Shown here one piece after another: positions 8,177 to 17,241 of a stretch of 32,000 bases of DNA. How positions within the stretch are numbered: position 1 is the first letter of the stretch; every line of letters starts with the position of its first letter. The translations under genes and the position numbers were made by a program. A model generated the notes under the pieces. The model ran no database searches, was not told the origin of the DNA, and saw nothing but the letters and a program-made list of their open reading frames with translations. This stretch comes from Candidatus Saccharimonadota bacterium (GTDB lineage: Bacteria; Pseudomonadota; Gammaproteobacteria; Enterobacterales; Enterobacteriaceae): positions 330,001-362,000 of the forward strand of contig NC_008513.1 in NCBI RefSeq assembly GCF_000090965.1, in the 5' to 3' direction.

Positions 8177-9901
8177 ATGGAAATATTTAAAAAATTAAAA
8201 TGGTATTTTTTTCAGGAATGGAAAAAATATATAGGAACAATCGTAATATTAATTTGTATAACATTGTTACAATTATTACCATCAAAAATTATTGGTATTA
8301 CTATTGATTTAATTTTAAATAATAAAATATCAACATATAATGTATTTCTAAAATTATTAAAAATAATTTTTATATCTATAATAATTTATATACTAAGATA
8401 TTTTTGGAAAATTTTATTATTTAGTACATCTTATAATTTAACTTCAGAATTAAGAAAAAAATTTTGTAAATCACTATTAAAAAAAGATTTTTATTTTTTC
8501 TCGAAATATAAAAATGGTGATTTAATTACTAGAATTACAAATGATATTGATCGAGTAGTATTTTCTACTGGAGAAGGTATATTAACTATTATTGATTCAA
8601 TTATAGTTGGGTTTTCAATATTTTTTATGATGTGTATACAAACTAATTGGAAATTAACTGTATTTTCATTAATTCCAATGCCTATTATGGCGTATGTAAT
8701 AAAAGGATATGGAATTCAGTTATATAAAAATTTTCAAAAATCACAAAAATATTTTTCTTTATTAAATAATCAAGCACAAGATAGTTTAAATAATATAAAA
8801 ATGATACGAAATTTCGGATTAGAAAAATCAGAAATAAAAAAATTTTCTTTAATAAATAATTTAGTAAAAAAAAAAGATTTTCAAGTATCTAAAATTGATT
8901 CTAAAATTGAACCTATCATTCATAATTCTATTGCTTTGTCTAATTTATTTGCAATCTTAGGTGGAAGTTATTTAATTTCAAAAAAACAAATAACTTTTGG
9001 TCAATTAACTAGTTTTATTTTATATTTAGGATCTATGATTTGGCCTATATTAGCATTTGCATGGATGTTTAATATTCTTAGTAGAGGAAAAGTATCATTA
9101 AAAAGAATATATGAAATTATTGAAATGAAAAAAAAAAAAAACAAAAAAAAAGAATATAACATTAATTATAATAAAAACAATTTAAAAATAAAAATAAAAA
9201 AATTTTATTATCCAAATAGAAATAAAAATTCATTAAAAAACATAAAAATAAAGATACCTAATAAAACAACTTTAGGTATATGTGGACCTACAGGATCGAC
9301 TTTATTCGATATTCAAAGATATTTTGAAATACCAAATGGATATATTAATTATAATAAACAAAATATTAAAAATATACCAATTAAAAAATGGCGTAATATT
9401 ATTTCAATTGTTAATCAACAACCATTTTTATTTTCTGACAATATTTTAAATAATATCTCTTTTGGAAATTCAAAAGCTACATTTAAAGAAATAAAATATG
9501 CAGCAAAATTGGCATGTATACATTCTGAAATAAAAAAATTACCTAAAGGATATCAAACAAATATTGGAGAAAAAGGTATTAAATTATCAGGAGGACAAAA
9601 ACAAAGAATCACAATAGCCAGAGCATTTCTGTTTCCTTGTAAAATTTTCATATTAGATGATCCTTTATCATCTGTAGATCATAATACAGAAAGAAAAATA
9701 ATAAAAAATATTTATAAACACACAAAAAAATATCAATTAACCACAATAGTAATTACACATAGATTATCAATATTGAAAAAATTTAAAAAAATTATTGTTT
9801 TAAAAAACGGAAAAATTTTACAAAAAGGATCACATAACAAACTATTATCTGAAAATAATTGGTATCGTAATATGTATAATTATCAAAAATATAAGATATA
9901 A
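8177..9901 (+). CDS. mdlA: ABC exporter MdlA (permease fused to ATPase); the Walker A motif is truncated (see finding)
   Basis: 574-aa ORF collinear with E. coli MdlA (LKWYFFQEWKKYIGT vs LSWYFRREWRRYLGA; TNDIDRVVFSTGEG; GQLTSFILYLGSMIWP). The nucleotide-binding domain has the signature LSGGQKQR, Walker B IFILDDPLSSVD and the H-loop THRLS. Walker A reads GPTGS-TLF instead of GPTGSGKSTLL. Confidence 0.9.
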   Translation: MEIFKKLKWYFFQEWKKYIGTIVILICITLLQLLPSKIIGITIDLILNNKISTYNVFLKLLKIIFISIIIYILRYFWKILLFSTSYNLTSELRKKFCKSLLKKDFYFFSKYKNGDLITRITNDIDRVVFSTGEGILTIIDSIIVGFSIFFMMCIQTNWKLTVFSLIPMPIMAYVIKGYGIQLYKNFQKSQKYFSLLNNQAQDSLNNIKMIRNFGLEKSEIKKFSLINNLVKKKDFQVSKIDSKIEPIIHNSIALSNLFAILGGSYLISKKQITFGQLTSFILYLGSMIWPILAFAWMFNILSRGKVSLKRIYEIIEMKKKKNKKKEYNINYNKNNLKIKIKKFYYPNRNKNSLKNIKIKIPNKTTLGICGPTGSTLFDIQRYFEIPNGYINYNKQNIKNIPIKKWRNIISIVNQQPFLFSDNILNNISFGNSKATFKEIKYAAKLACIHSEIKKLPKGYQTNIGEKGIKLSGGQKQRITIARAFLFPCKIFILDDPLSSVDHNTERKIIKNIYKHTKKYQLTTIVITHRLSILKKFKKIIVLKNGKILQKGSHNKLLSENNWYRNMYNYQKYKI

Positions 9902-9932
9902 AAATATATTTTTATATATTAAGGAAAAAAAA

Positions 9933-11687
9933 ATGAAAAAAAATAAATATTCTTCATGGAAACTAATAAAAAGATTATTATCATACTATTCTAAAAAAAA
10001 ATCTTTATTATTCATTTCATGTGTATTTATTATGTTATCAACAATAACAGAAATATTAAGTCCCATTATATTAAGTAATTTTATTCAAAATATACTTAAA
10101 TATCGTATTATTAAGCTAAAACCTATATTATATCTTATTTTTTCTTTTATGATATTACAAATATTAACCTCATATTTTTGTTATTTTTATACTATTTATT
10201 TTACTAAAATATCAACAAGTATTATTAAAGAAATACGAAAAAATATTATGTTTATTGCATTAAAACAACCTATGGAAATATTTGATCAAAAACCAATTAG
10301 TTCTATAGTTACAAAAATTACAAATGATACAGAATCAGTAAAAGAATTTTATGAAACTATTTTGTCTTCTTTTTTAAAAAGCATTATATTATTTAGTATG
10401 ATATTAATATCTATGTTTATTTTAGATTGGAAAATGGCTTTGATTAGTTCTATTATAGCTCCATCAATTATACTTATTATGATAATACATCAATATTTAA
10501 GTAAACCAATTATTAAAAAAACAAAACTTCTTATATCTAAATTTAATAATACAATTAATGAAATTATTAATGGAATATCAGTTATTCAACAATTTAATCA
10601 AGAAAAAAAATTTATTAAAAAAATAAATAATATTAATAATAATTATTATATTTATAAAATAAAAACATTAAAAATTGATGGGTTATTATTAAGACCGTTA
10701 TTAAATATAATTTCTTCTATTATTTTATCATCAATTATATTTATTACAAAAGCTTTTCCAAATAAAATATTAGAAATGAGTATACTACATACATTTATTA
10801 ATTATTTAAGATATTTAAACGAACCTTTAGTTACAATTATTAATCAACAATCATTATTACAACAAGCTCTTGTTTCTTTTGAAAGAATATTTAAATTTAT
10901 TGATTCCCCAATAAAAATATACGGAAATAATTATTCAATGTTTAAAACAGGAAAAATAAATTTTAAAAATGTGTATTTTAATTACCCTAATACTAAAAGA
11001 AAAATTTTAAAAAATATTACTTTAAAAATTCAAGATAAAAGTTATATAGCATTAGTCGGTAAAACTGGAAGTGGTAAAACAACATTATCTAATTTAATAT
11101 TAGGACATTATCCAATTCAAAAAGGAGAATTATTATTAGATAATAAAAAAATTAATACAATTTCAAATTGTACATTACGAAAAAATGTTTCTTTTGTTCA
11201 ACAAGAACCAACTATTTTACATGATTCTTTAATTAAAAATGTTTCATTAAATAGAAAAATAAAAAAAAAAAAAATTATCAAAGCTTTATACAAAAGTCAA
11301 TTAAAAGAACTAATAGAAAATTTACCAAAAGGATATAAAACAATTTTAGAAAAAAATGGAAATTCTCTGTCTCAAGGACAAAAACAGTTAATAGGTATTG
11401 CAAGAATACTAATATCAAATCCAAAAATATTAATATTTGATGAAGCTACTGCTAGTATAGATTCAGAATCTGAACAAAAAATACAAAAAATTTTAGCAGA
11501 TATTAGAAAAAAATCTACTGTAATTATTATTGCTCATAGATTATCTACAATTGTAGATGCTGATCTAATTATAGTGTTAGATAAAGGAAAAATAATTGAA
11601 ATGGGTAATCATAAAAAATTATTAAAAAAAAAAAAAATATACTACAACATGTATATACATCAAAATAATAACAAGAAAAAAAAATAA
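9933..11687 (+). CDS. mdlB: ABC exporter MdlB (permease fused to ATPase)
   Basis: 584-aa ORF with six predicted hydrophobic TM stretches and a complete nucleotide-binding domain: Walker A GKTGSGKTT, Q-loop VQQEP, signature LSQGQKQL, Walker B ILIFDEATASID, H-loop AHRLST. It is adjacent to mdlA, as in E. coli. Confidence 0.92.
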   Translation: MKKNKYSSWKLIKRLLSYYSKKKSLLFISCVFIMLSTITEILSPIILSNFIQNILKYRIIKLKPILYLIFSFMILQILTSYFCYFYTIYFTKISTSIIKEIRKNIMFIALKQPMEIFDQKPISSIVTKITNDTESVKEFYETILSSFLKSIILFSMILISMFILDWKMALISSIIAPSIILIMIIHQYLSKPIIKKTKLLISKFNNTINEIINGISVIQQFNQEKKFIKKINNINNNYYIYKIKTLKIDGLLLRPLLNIISSIILSSIIFITKAFPNKILEMSILHTFINYLRYLNEPLVTIINQQSLLQQALVSFERIFKFIDSPIKIYGNNYSMFKTGKINFKNVYFNYPNTKRKILKNITLKIQDKSYIALVGKTGSGKTTLSNLILGHYPIQKGELLLDNKKINTISNCTLRKNVSFVQQEPTILHDSLIKNVSLNRKIKKKKIIKALYKSQLKELIENLPKGYKTILEKNGNSLSQGQKQLIGIARILISNPKILIFDEATASIDSESEQKIQKILADIRKKSTVIIIAHRLSTIVDADLIIVLDKGKIIEMGNHKKLLKKKKIYYNMYIHQNNNKKKK

Positions 11688-11698
11688 AATATTTTGTA

Positions 11699-11808
11699 TA
11701 CACTCTTGTCAATAAAAACAATAACACCTACTTATTTAAGTTGGCTGCTTCTTCCCAGACCTGACCATTTTTTTAAACTTATAGCGTTATATCATTAACA
11801 AGAGTGTA
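11699..11808 (-). ncRNA. ffs: 4.5S RNA (signal recognition particle RNA)
   Basis: The reverse strand contains GGTCAGGTCTGGGAAGAAGCAGCC, matching the conserved SRP domain IV of E. coli 4.5S RNA (GGUCAGGUCCGGAAGGAAGCAGCC). The ends tacactcttgt (11699-11709) and acaagagtgta (11798-11808) are perfectly complementary and form the long terminal helix. The region is a G+C island in an intergenic gap. Confidence 0.88.
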
Positions 11809-11913
11809 ATATATAAATATGTAGAAAATTTCTATCTATATACTTATAATAAATATTATATAGGAATAAATAAAATTAATCAATAAAAACATTATTACTT
11901 TAAAGTGAAAAAA

Positions 11914-13020
11914 ATGAAATATAAAATTTTATCTAATAAATGGAGACCACAAAATTTTAATCAGATTATAGGACATAAATATACTGTAAAAATGATAAAA
12001 AATAGTCTTAATTTTAAAAAAATTCATCAATCATGGTTACTTTCAGGAATGCATGGAGTAGGAAAAACTACTATAGCTAGAATTTTAGCAAAATGCTTAA
12101 ATTGTAAAATTGGAATTACATCTATACCATGCAGAAAATGTAAAAATTGTTTATCACTTGAAAAAGGAAAATTTTTAGATTTTATAGAATTAGATGCAGC
12201 ATCTAAAACTAAAGTAGATGATATTAAAATCATGCTTGATACTACTAAATACGCGCCTATGTGTGGTAGATTTAAAATTTATTTAATTGATGAAGTTCAT
12301 ATGTTATCTAAACATAGTTTTAATGCTTTATTAAAAATACTAGAAGAACCACCAAAATATATTCAGATATATATAGCTACAACAAATATACATAAAATAC
12401 CAAAAACAATAATTTCTAGATGTTTACATATAAAACTATCATATATTACACTGCATAATATATATAACTTTTTAAAAAAAATCACAAAAAAAGAAAATAT
12501 AAAAATTAAAAAAGAAGCATTAAAAATTATTTCTAATACTTCTCAAGGTAGTATTAGAAATGCTTTAAATACTCTTGAATTTATTAGATCCTCAGTAAAA
12601 AATAAAACAGAAATAAAAAAAAAATATATATTTAAATTATTAGGAATACTTGATAAAAAAAATGTTCTAAAACTAGCTATAGAAATAATTAATAATGATT
12701 TTAATAAAATATTTAATATATTAAATAATGCAGAAAAAATTGGTATACAATATTCTAATATAGTATCATCTTTAATTATATTTTTTCATAAAATTTCTTT
12801 AATAAAAATTAATCAAAAAAAAAAAAAAAAATATAATAAAATATCCAAATATAAACAAAAAGTTTATATATTATCTAAAAAAATTTCCTTTAAAGATTTA
12901 CAATTTTATTGTAAAATTCTTCTTCAAGGAAAACATTATTTAAATAATTCACCAAGTCCTAAAATTGGATTTGAAATAATGTTATTTCAAATATTTCAGT
13001 ATATAAAAGAAAAAAAATAA
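11914..13020 (+). CDS. dnaX: DNA polymerase III clamp-loader subunit DnaX, short gamma-like form (domains I-III only)
   Basis: Key motifs present: Walker A GMHGVGKTT, four-Cys zinc module NCKIGITSIPCRKCKNC, Walker B YLIDEVHML, and SRC motif ISRC. The ATG at 11914 gives MKYKILSNKWRPQNF, which matches the E. coli start MSYQVLARKWRPQTF. The ORF track starts three codons earlier at GTG 11905, which is possible but less likely. The C-terminus (GFEIMLFQIFQYI) aligns with roughly residue 370 of the 643-aa E. coli tau. Confidence 0.93.
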   Translation: MKYKILSNKWRPQNFNQIIGHKYTVKMIKNSLNFKKIHQSWLLSGMHGVGKTTIARILAKCLNCKIGITSIPCRKCKNCLSLEKGKFLDFIELDAASKTKVDDIKIMLDTTKYAPMCGRFKIYLIDEVHMLSKHSFNALLKILEEPPKYIQIYIATTNIHKIPKTIISRCLHIKLSYITLHNIYNFLKKITKKENIKIKKEALKIISNTSQGSIRNALNTLEFIRSSVKNKTEIKKKYIFKLLGILDKKNVLKLAIEIINNDFNKIFNILNNAEKIGIQYSNIVSSLIIFFHKISLIKINQKKKKKYNKISKYKQKVYILSKKISFKDLQFYCKILLQGKHYLNNSPSPKIGFEIMLFQIFQYIKEKK

Positions 13021-13123
13021 TTATTTTATATAATTAATAAAATAATTAATGAAACTAATAAAAAAATACAGATATCTCTATAAGTAAAATAATTTAAAAT
13101 AAATTTAAAATTGGATAAATAAC

Positions 13124-13432
13124 ATGTATACAAAAGAAAAAATCAATGAGTTAATGGAAAAAGCACAAGTCATGAAAAAAGAAATGGAAAAAATACAAAA
13201 AGATATAAAAATGACGAAAATAAAAGGAGAATCAGGTGCTGGTTTGGTAACTATTTTTATGAATGGTAATTATAATTGTAGAAAAACAAAAATAAATGAT
13301 GAAATTTGGAATGAAAAAAACAAAATTTTAATTCAAGATTTAATTACATCAGCTATAAATAATGCTGTTAACAAAATAACAGAATTACAAAAAAAAAAAA
13401 TTATATTAAAAACCCCATTTCATAATGAATAA
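13124..13432 (+). CDS. ybaB: Nucleoid-associated protein YbaB/EbfC
   Basis: 102-aa ORF. [19 protein letters not shown]...[20 protein letters not shown] aligns with E. coli YbaB (LMKQAQQMQEKMQKMQEEI...[20 protein letters not shown]). It sits at the syntenic position after dnaX. Confidence 0.92.
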   Translation: [102 protein letters not shown]

Positions 13433-13539
13433 AATATATCAAATAATATAAAACATATGACAAAAAATCAGATATAATATATAAAAATTAAATAATTTAT
13501 AAAACAAATTATTTATCTATATTTTAATAGGTATTCAAT

Positions 13540-15414
13540 ATGAATAATAAAAATAAAATAACACATACATTTCAATCAGAAGTAAAAGAATTACTACATC
13601 TAATGATTCATTCTTTATATTCAAATAAAGAAATATTTTTAAGAGAATTAATATCTAATGCATCAGATGCAATAGAAAAAATAAGATTTGAAAAACTATA
13701 TAGTTTAAAAAAATATAGAGAAAATTTATATACACCTAAAATAAAAATTTCCATTAAAAAAGATGAAAAAAAAATTATTATTTCTGATAATGGTATAGGT
13801 ATGACATATAAGGAAGTAATAAAAAATTTAGGAACAATTGCAAAATCAGGAACAAAATCATTTTTAAATAAAATTCAAAATATTGAAAAAAAAGAAAAAA
13901 ATGATTTTATCGGACAATTTGGAGTAGGATTTTATTCATCTTTTATTGTTTCCAACTCTGTTTCTGTTTATACAAGACATGCAAAAGAAAAAAAAAACAT
14001 TGGAACACTTTGGATATCAGAAGGTAAAGGAAAATATTCTGTAGAAAAAATTTCTAAAGAAGAACATGGAACAATAGTAGAATTATCATTAAAATCTTCT
14101 GAAAAAGAATTTTTAGAAATTTGGAAAATAAAAAATATTATAAAAAAATATTCAGATCATATTTCCATACCAATAGAAATAGAAAACTACGACGAAAAAA
14201 CAAAAACAATTTCTTGGGAAAAAATTAACAAAGCACAAGCATTATGGACAATTAATAAAAATAATATTACTAAAAAAAAATATCAAGATTTTTATAAATA
14301 TCTTACTAATGATTCAGAAAAACCATTACTTTGGAGTCATAATAAAGTTGAAGGAACACAAGAATATATTAATTTATTATATATTCCTAAAAAAGCAACA
14401 TGGGATATTTGGCATCAAGAAAACAAACATGGTTTAAAGTTGTATGTTAAACATGTTTTTATTATGGATGAAGCAACACAATTTCTTCCAAATTATCTAC
14501 GTTTTGTAAAAGGAATTATTGATTCCCAGGATCTTCCGTTAAATATTTCTAGAGAAATATTACAAGATAGCTCAATTACTCATATTTTACGAAAATCATT
14601 AACTAAACGTATTTTAAATATACTAAATAATTTATCAGAAAATAATATTAAAAAATATCAAAAATTTTGGAATGTGTTCGGAATAATTATTAAAGAAGGA
14701 ATAGCTGAAGATTCTGAAAATAAAACTATATTATCTAATTTATTACGTTTTTCTTCTATAAAAAAAGGAAACATAGAACAAACATTATCTTTAAATGAAT
14801 ATATAAAAAACATGAAAAAAAATCAGAAAAAAATATATTTCATTACTTCAGATAGTTATAAATCAGCTTTAAATAGTCCGAATTTAGAAATATTTAAAGA
14901 AAACGATATTGATGTATTAATATTATCTGAAAAAATTGATGAATGGATGATGAATTATTTAACTGAATTTAATAATATAAAATTTCAATCAGTAAGTAAA
15001 TTAGATGATACTATAGATAGTCTTTTATTAAAAAAAAATGTTTCTAATGAAAAAAACACATTTAATGAATTTATTGAAAAAACAAAAAAAATATTGAAAA
15101 ATAAAGTTAAAGATGTAAAAATTACATATCGTTTAAAAAATACACCAGCTATAGTATTAACTGATACCAATGATATGAGCACACAAATGGCAAAAATATT
15201 TAGTGCTGCTGGACAACCAATTCCAAAAATAAAATATATTTTAGAAATTAATCCATTACATCCATTAATAAAAAAAATAGAAAAAATAAAAAATGAAAAA
15301 GATTTTTCTAATTGGATAAAAATAATATTTGATCAATCAATTCTATCAGAAAAAGGTAGTTTAGAAAATCCACATAAATTTATTCAAAGAATAAACAATT
15401 TCTTTATATCATAA
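13540..15414 (+). CDS. htpG: Chaperone HtpG (Hsp90)
   Basis: 624-aa ORF, the same length as E. coli HtpG. Shared blocks: FQSEVKELLHLMIHSLYSNKEIFLRELISNASDA, DNGIGM, GQFGVGFYS, PNYLRFVKGIIDSQDLPLNISREILQ, IDEWMMNYLTEF, MSTQMAKIF. Confidence 0.98.
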   Translation: MNNKNKITHTFQSEVKELLHLMIHSLYSNKEIFLRELISNASDAIEKIRFEKLYSLKKYRENLYTPKIKISIKKDEKKIIISDNGIGMTYKEVIKNLGTIAKSGTKSFLNKIQNIEKKEKNDFIGQFGVGFYSSFIVSNSVSVYTRHAKEKKNIGTLWISEGKGKYSVEKISKEEHGTIVELSLKSSEKEFLEIWKIKNIIKKYSDHISIPIEIENYDEKTKTISWEKINKAQALWTINKNNITKKKYQDFYKYLTNDSEKPLLWSHNKVEGTQEYINLLYIPKKATWDIWHQENKHGLKLYVKHVFIMDEATQFLPNYLRFVKGIIDSQDLPLNISREILQDSSITHILRKSLTKRILNILNNLSENNIKKYQKFWNVFGIIIKEGIAEDSENKTILSNLLRFSSIKKGNIEQTLSLNEYIKNMKKNQKKIYFITSDSYKSALNSPNLEIFKENDIDVLILSEKIDEWMMNYLTEFNNIKFQSVSKLDDTIDSLLLKKNVSNEKNTFNEFIEKTKKILKNKVKDVKITYRLKNTPAIVLTDTNDMSTQMAKIFSAAGQPIPKIKYILEINPLHPLIKKIEKIKNEKDFSNWIKIIFDQSILSEKGSLENPHKFIQRINNFFIS

Positions 15415-15492
15415 AAATTTTATTTATAAAAATATCACTTATTTAAAATTGATGTATAATAAAATAATTTTTATAAAGGAAAATTTTTTATA

Positions 15493-16143
15493 ATGCGTAT
15501 TATTATGATAGGTCCACCTGGTAGCGGTAAGGGTACACAAACACAATTATTATCAAAATATTTTCATATTCCTTGCATTTCTACAGGAGAAATACTACGA
15601 AAAGAAATAAAAAAAAATAAAAAAACAAAAAAATATATTAAAAAAACAATTAATAAAGGTAAATTAATTAAAAATTCTTTTATTATTAAAATAATAGAAA
15701 AAAACATAAAAAAAAAAAAATTTTTTAATGGATTTATATTAGATGGTTTTCCTAGAAATATTGAACAAGCAAAATCTTTAAGTAAAAAAATAAACATAGA
15801 ATATATAATATATTTAAAAATTAAATATGATGATATTATTAAAAGAATAACAGGAAGATTAATTCATGCATCTTCGGGACGAACATATCATAAAATATTT
15901 AATCCTCCAAAAATAAAAAATAAAGATGATATAACTCAAGAAAAATTATGTTCTAGAAATGATGATAATGAGAAAACCATAAAAATAAGATTACAAGAAT
16001 ACAAAAAACATACTAATCCATTAATTAAATGGATAAAAAAAAAAAAAAAAATAAAATTTATTGAAATACATGCAAATCAATCAATTAAAATTGTAAATAA
16101 AAAAATTATTTATAATATAAATAATAATAATATAAATAAATAA
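15493..16143 (+). CDS. adk: Adenylate kinase
   Basis: 216-aa ORF with P-loop GPPGSGKGTQ, NGFILDGFPR, GRLIHASSGRTYHKIFNPPK and SRNDDNEKTIKIRL. Collinear with E. coli Adk. Confidence 0.96.
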   Translation: MRIIMIGPPGSGKGTQTQLLSKYFHIPCISTGEILRKEIKKNKKTKKYIKKTINKGKLIKNSFIIKIIEKNIKKKKFFNGFILDGFPRNIEQAKSLSKKINIEYIIYLKIKYDDIIKRITGRLIHASSGRTYHKIFNPPKIKNKDDITQEKLCSRNDDNEKTIKIRLQEYKKHTNPLIKWIKKKKKIKFIEIHANQSIKIVNKKIIYNINNNNINK

Positions 16144-16157
16144 TTATATATTTTTTT

Positions 16158-16232
16158 TGCGCTCTACAGGATTCGAACCTGTAACCTACAGCTTAGAAGG
16201 CTGTTGCTCTATCCAAATTGAGCTAAGAGCGC
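16158..16232 (-). tRNA. tRNA-Arg (anticodon UCU)
   Basis: The reverse complement folds as a clean cloverleaf: GCGCTCT TA GCTC AATTTGGATA GAGC A ACAGC CTTCTAA GCTGT AGGTT ACAGG TTCGAAT CCTGT AGAGCGC A. All four stems are perfect. The anticodon loop is CT-TCT-AA. CCA is not encoded. Confidence 0.95.
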
Positions 16233-16376
16233 TTAAAAATTATATAAATAAAAATTTATATTATTATACTAAATAAGTGATTAAATAACAATAAATAAAT
16301 TTTTACTAAAAATAAGATTAATAATAAAAAATATTTCTATAAAATAGAAAGAAAAAAATTAGGTTATATAAAAAAT

Positions 16377-17231
16377 ATGGAAACAAAAATTCTTGATGGA
16401 TTAAAAATTTCAAAGAAAATTATAAAAAAAATAAAAAAAAAAATAGAAAAAAGAAAAAAAAAAAGAAAAAAAATTCCTGGTTTAGCTATGATTGTAATTG
16501 GAAATAATCCAGCTTCATTAATATATGTTAATAAAAAAAGAGAAGCATGTAATCAAGCAGGATTTTTTTCTATATATTGGCATTTATCAAATCAAATAGA
16601 AGAAATAGAATTAATTAATTTAATTAAAAAATTAAACAAAAACAAATGTATTGATGGTATTTTAATTCAATTACCATTACCTATTAAAATAAATTATTTA
16701 AAAATAATTACCAGTATTGATCCGAAAAAAGATGTAGATGGTTTCCATCCTTATAATTTAGGATCTTTATGTCAAAATAATCCTCAATTTAGATCATGTA
16801 CTTCTAAAGGAGTAATTACATTACTTAAAAAATATAAAATCAATATACATGGATTATATGCAGTAATTATAGGATCATCTAATATAGTTGGAAAACCTAT
16901 GTATATGGAATTATTATTAGCGGGATGTACAGTAACAATTGTAAACAAAAATACAAAAAACATAAAAACATATGTTAAAAAAGCTGATTTAGTTGTGATT
17001 GCTATTGGTCAACCAAATTTTTTATATGGACATTGGATTAAACTAGGAGCTATTGTAATAGATATTGGAATTAATTATTTGTATAATAAAAACAAATATA
17101 AAATTGTTGGTGATGTACATTTTAAATCTACTTCAGTAAAAACGTCTTATATTACTCCAGTACCAGGAGGAGTAGGTCCTATGACCGTAGTATCATTATT
17201 AGAAAATACACTACAAGCGTGTATAATGTAA
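16377..17231 (+). CDS. folD: Bifunctional methylenetetrahydrofolate dehydrogenase / methenyl-THF cyclohydrolase
   Basis: 284-aa ORF with [47 protein letters not shown] and [14 protein letters not shown]. Collinear with E. coli FolD. Confidence 0.97.
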   Translation: METKILDGLKISKKIIKKIKKKIEKRKKKRKKIPGLAMIVIGNNPASLIYVNKKREACNQAGFFSIYWHLSNQIEEIELINLIKKLNKNKCIDGILIQLPLPIKINYLKIITSIDPKKDVDGFHPYNLGSLCQNNPQFRSCTSKGVITLLKKYKINIHGLYAVIIGSSNIVGKPMYMELLLAGCTVTIVNKNTKNIKTYVKKADLVVIAIGQPNFLYGHWIKLGAIVIDIGINYLYNKNKYKIVGDVHFKSTSVKTSYITPVPGGVGPMTVVSLLENTLQACIM

Positions 17232-17241
17232 AAATATTTAA

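Noticed and set aside
8177-11687. mdlA-mdlB as a possible novel exporter or secretion system, given its retention in such a small genome.
   Set aside because: It is the ordinary enterobacterial mdlAB pair in conserved synteny after ppiD. Only the Walker A deletion in mdlA is unusual, and that is reported as its own finding.
1517-13539. A search for sigma32 heat-shock promoters (CTTGAAA ... CCCCAT-like) upstream of clpP (1517-1723), lon (3642-3748) and htpG (13433-13539).
   Set aside because: I found no CTTGAA or CCCCAT-like element in any of the three upstream regions. Spacers this A/T-rich make motif absence uninformative, so I make no claim in either direction.
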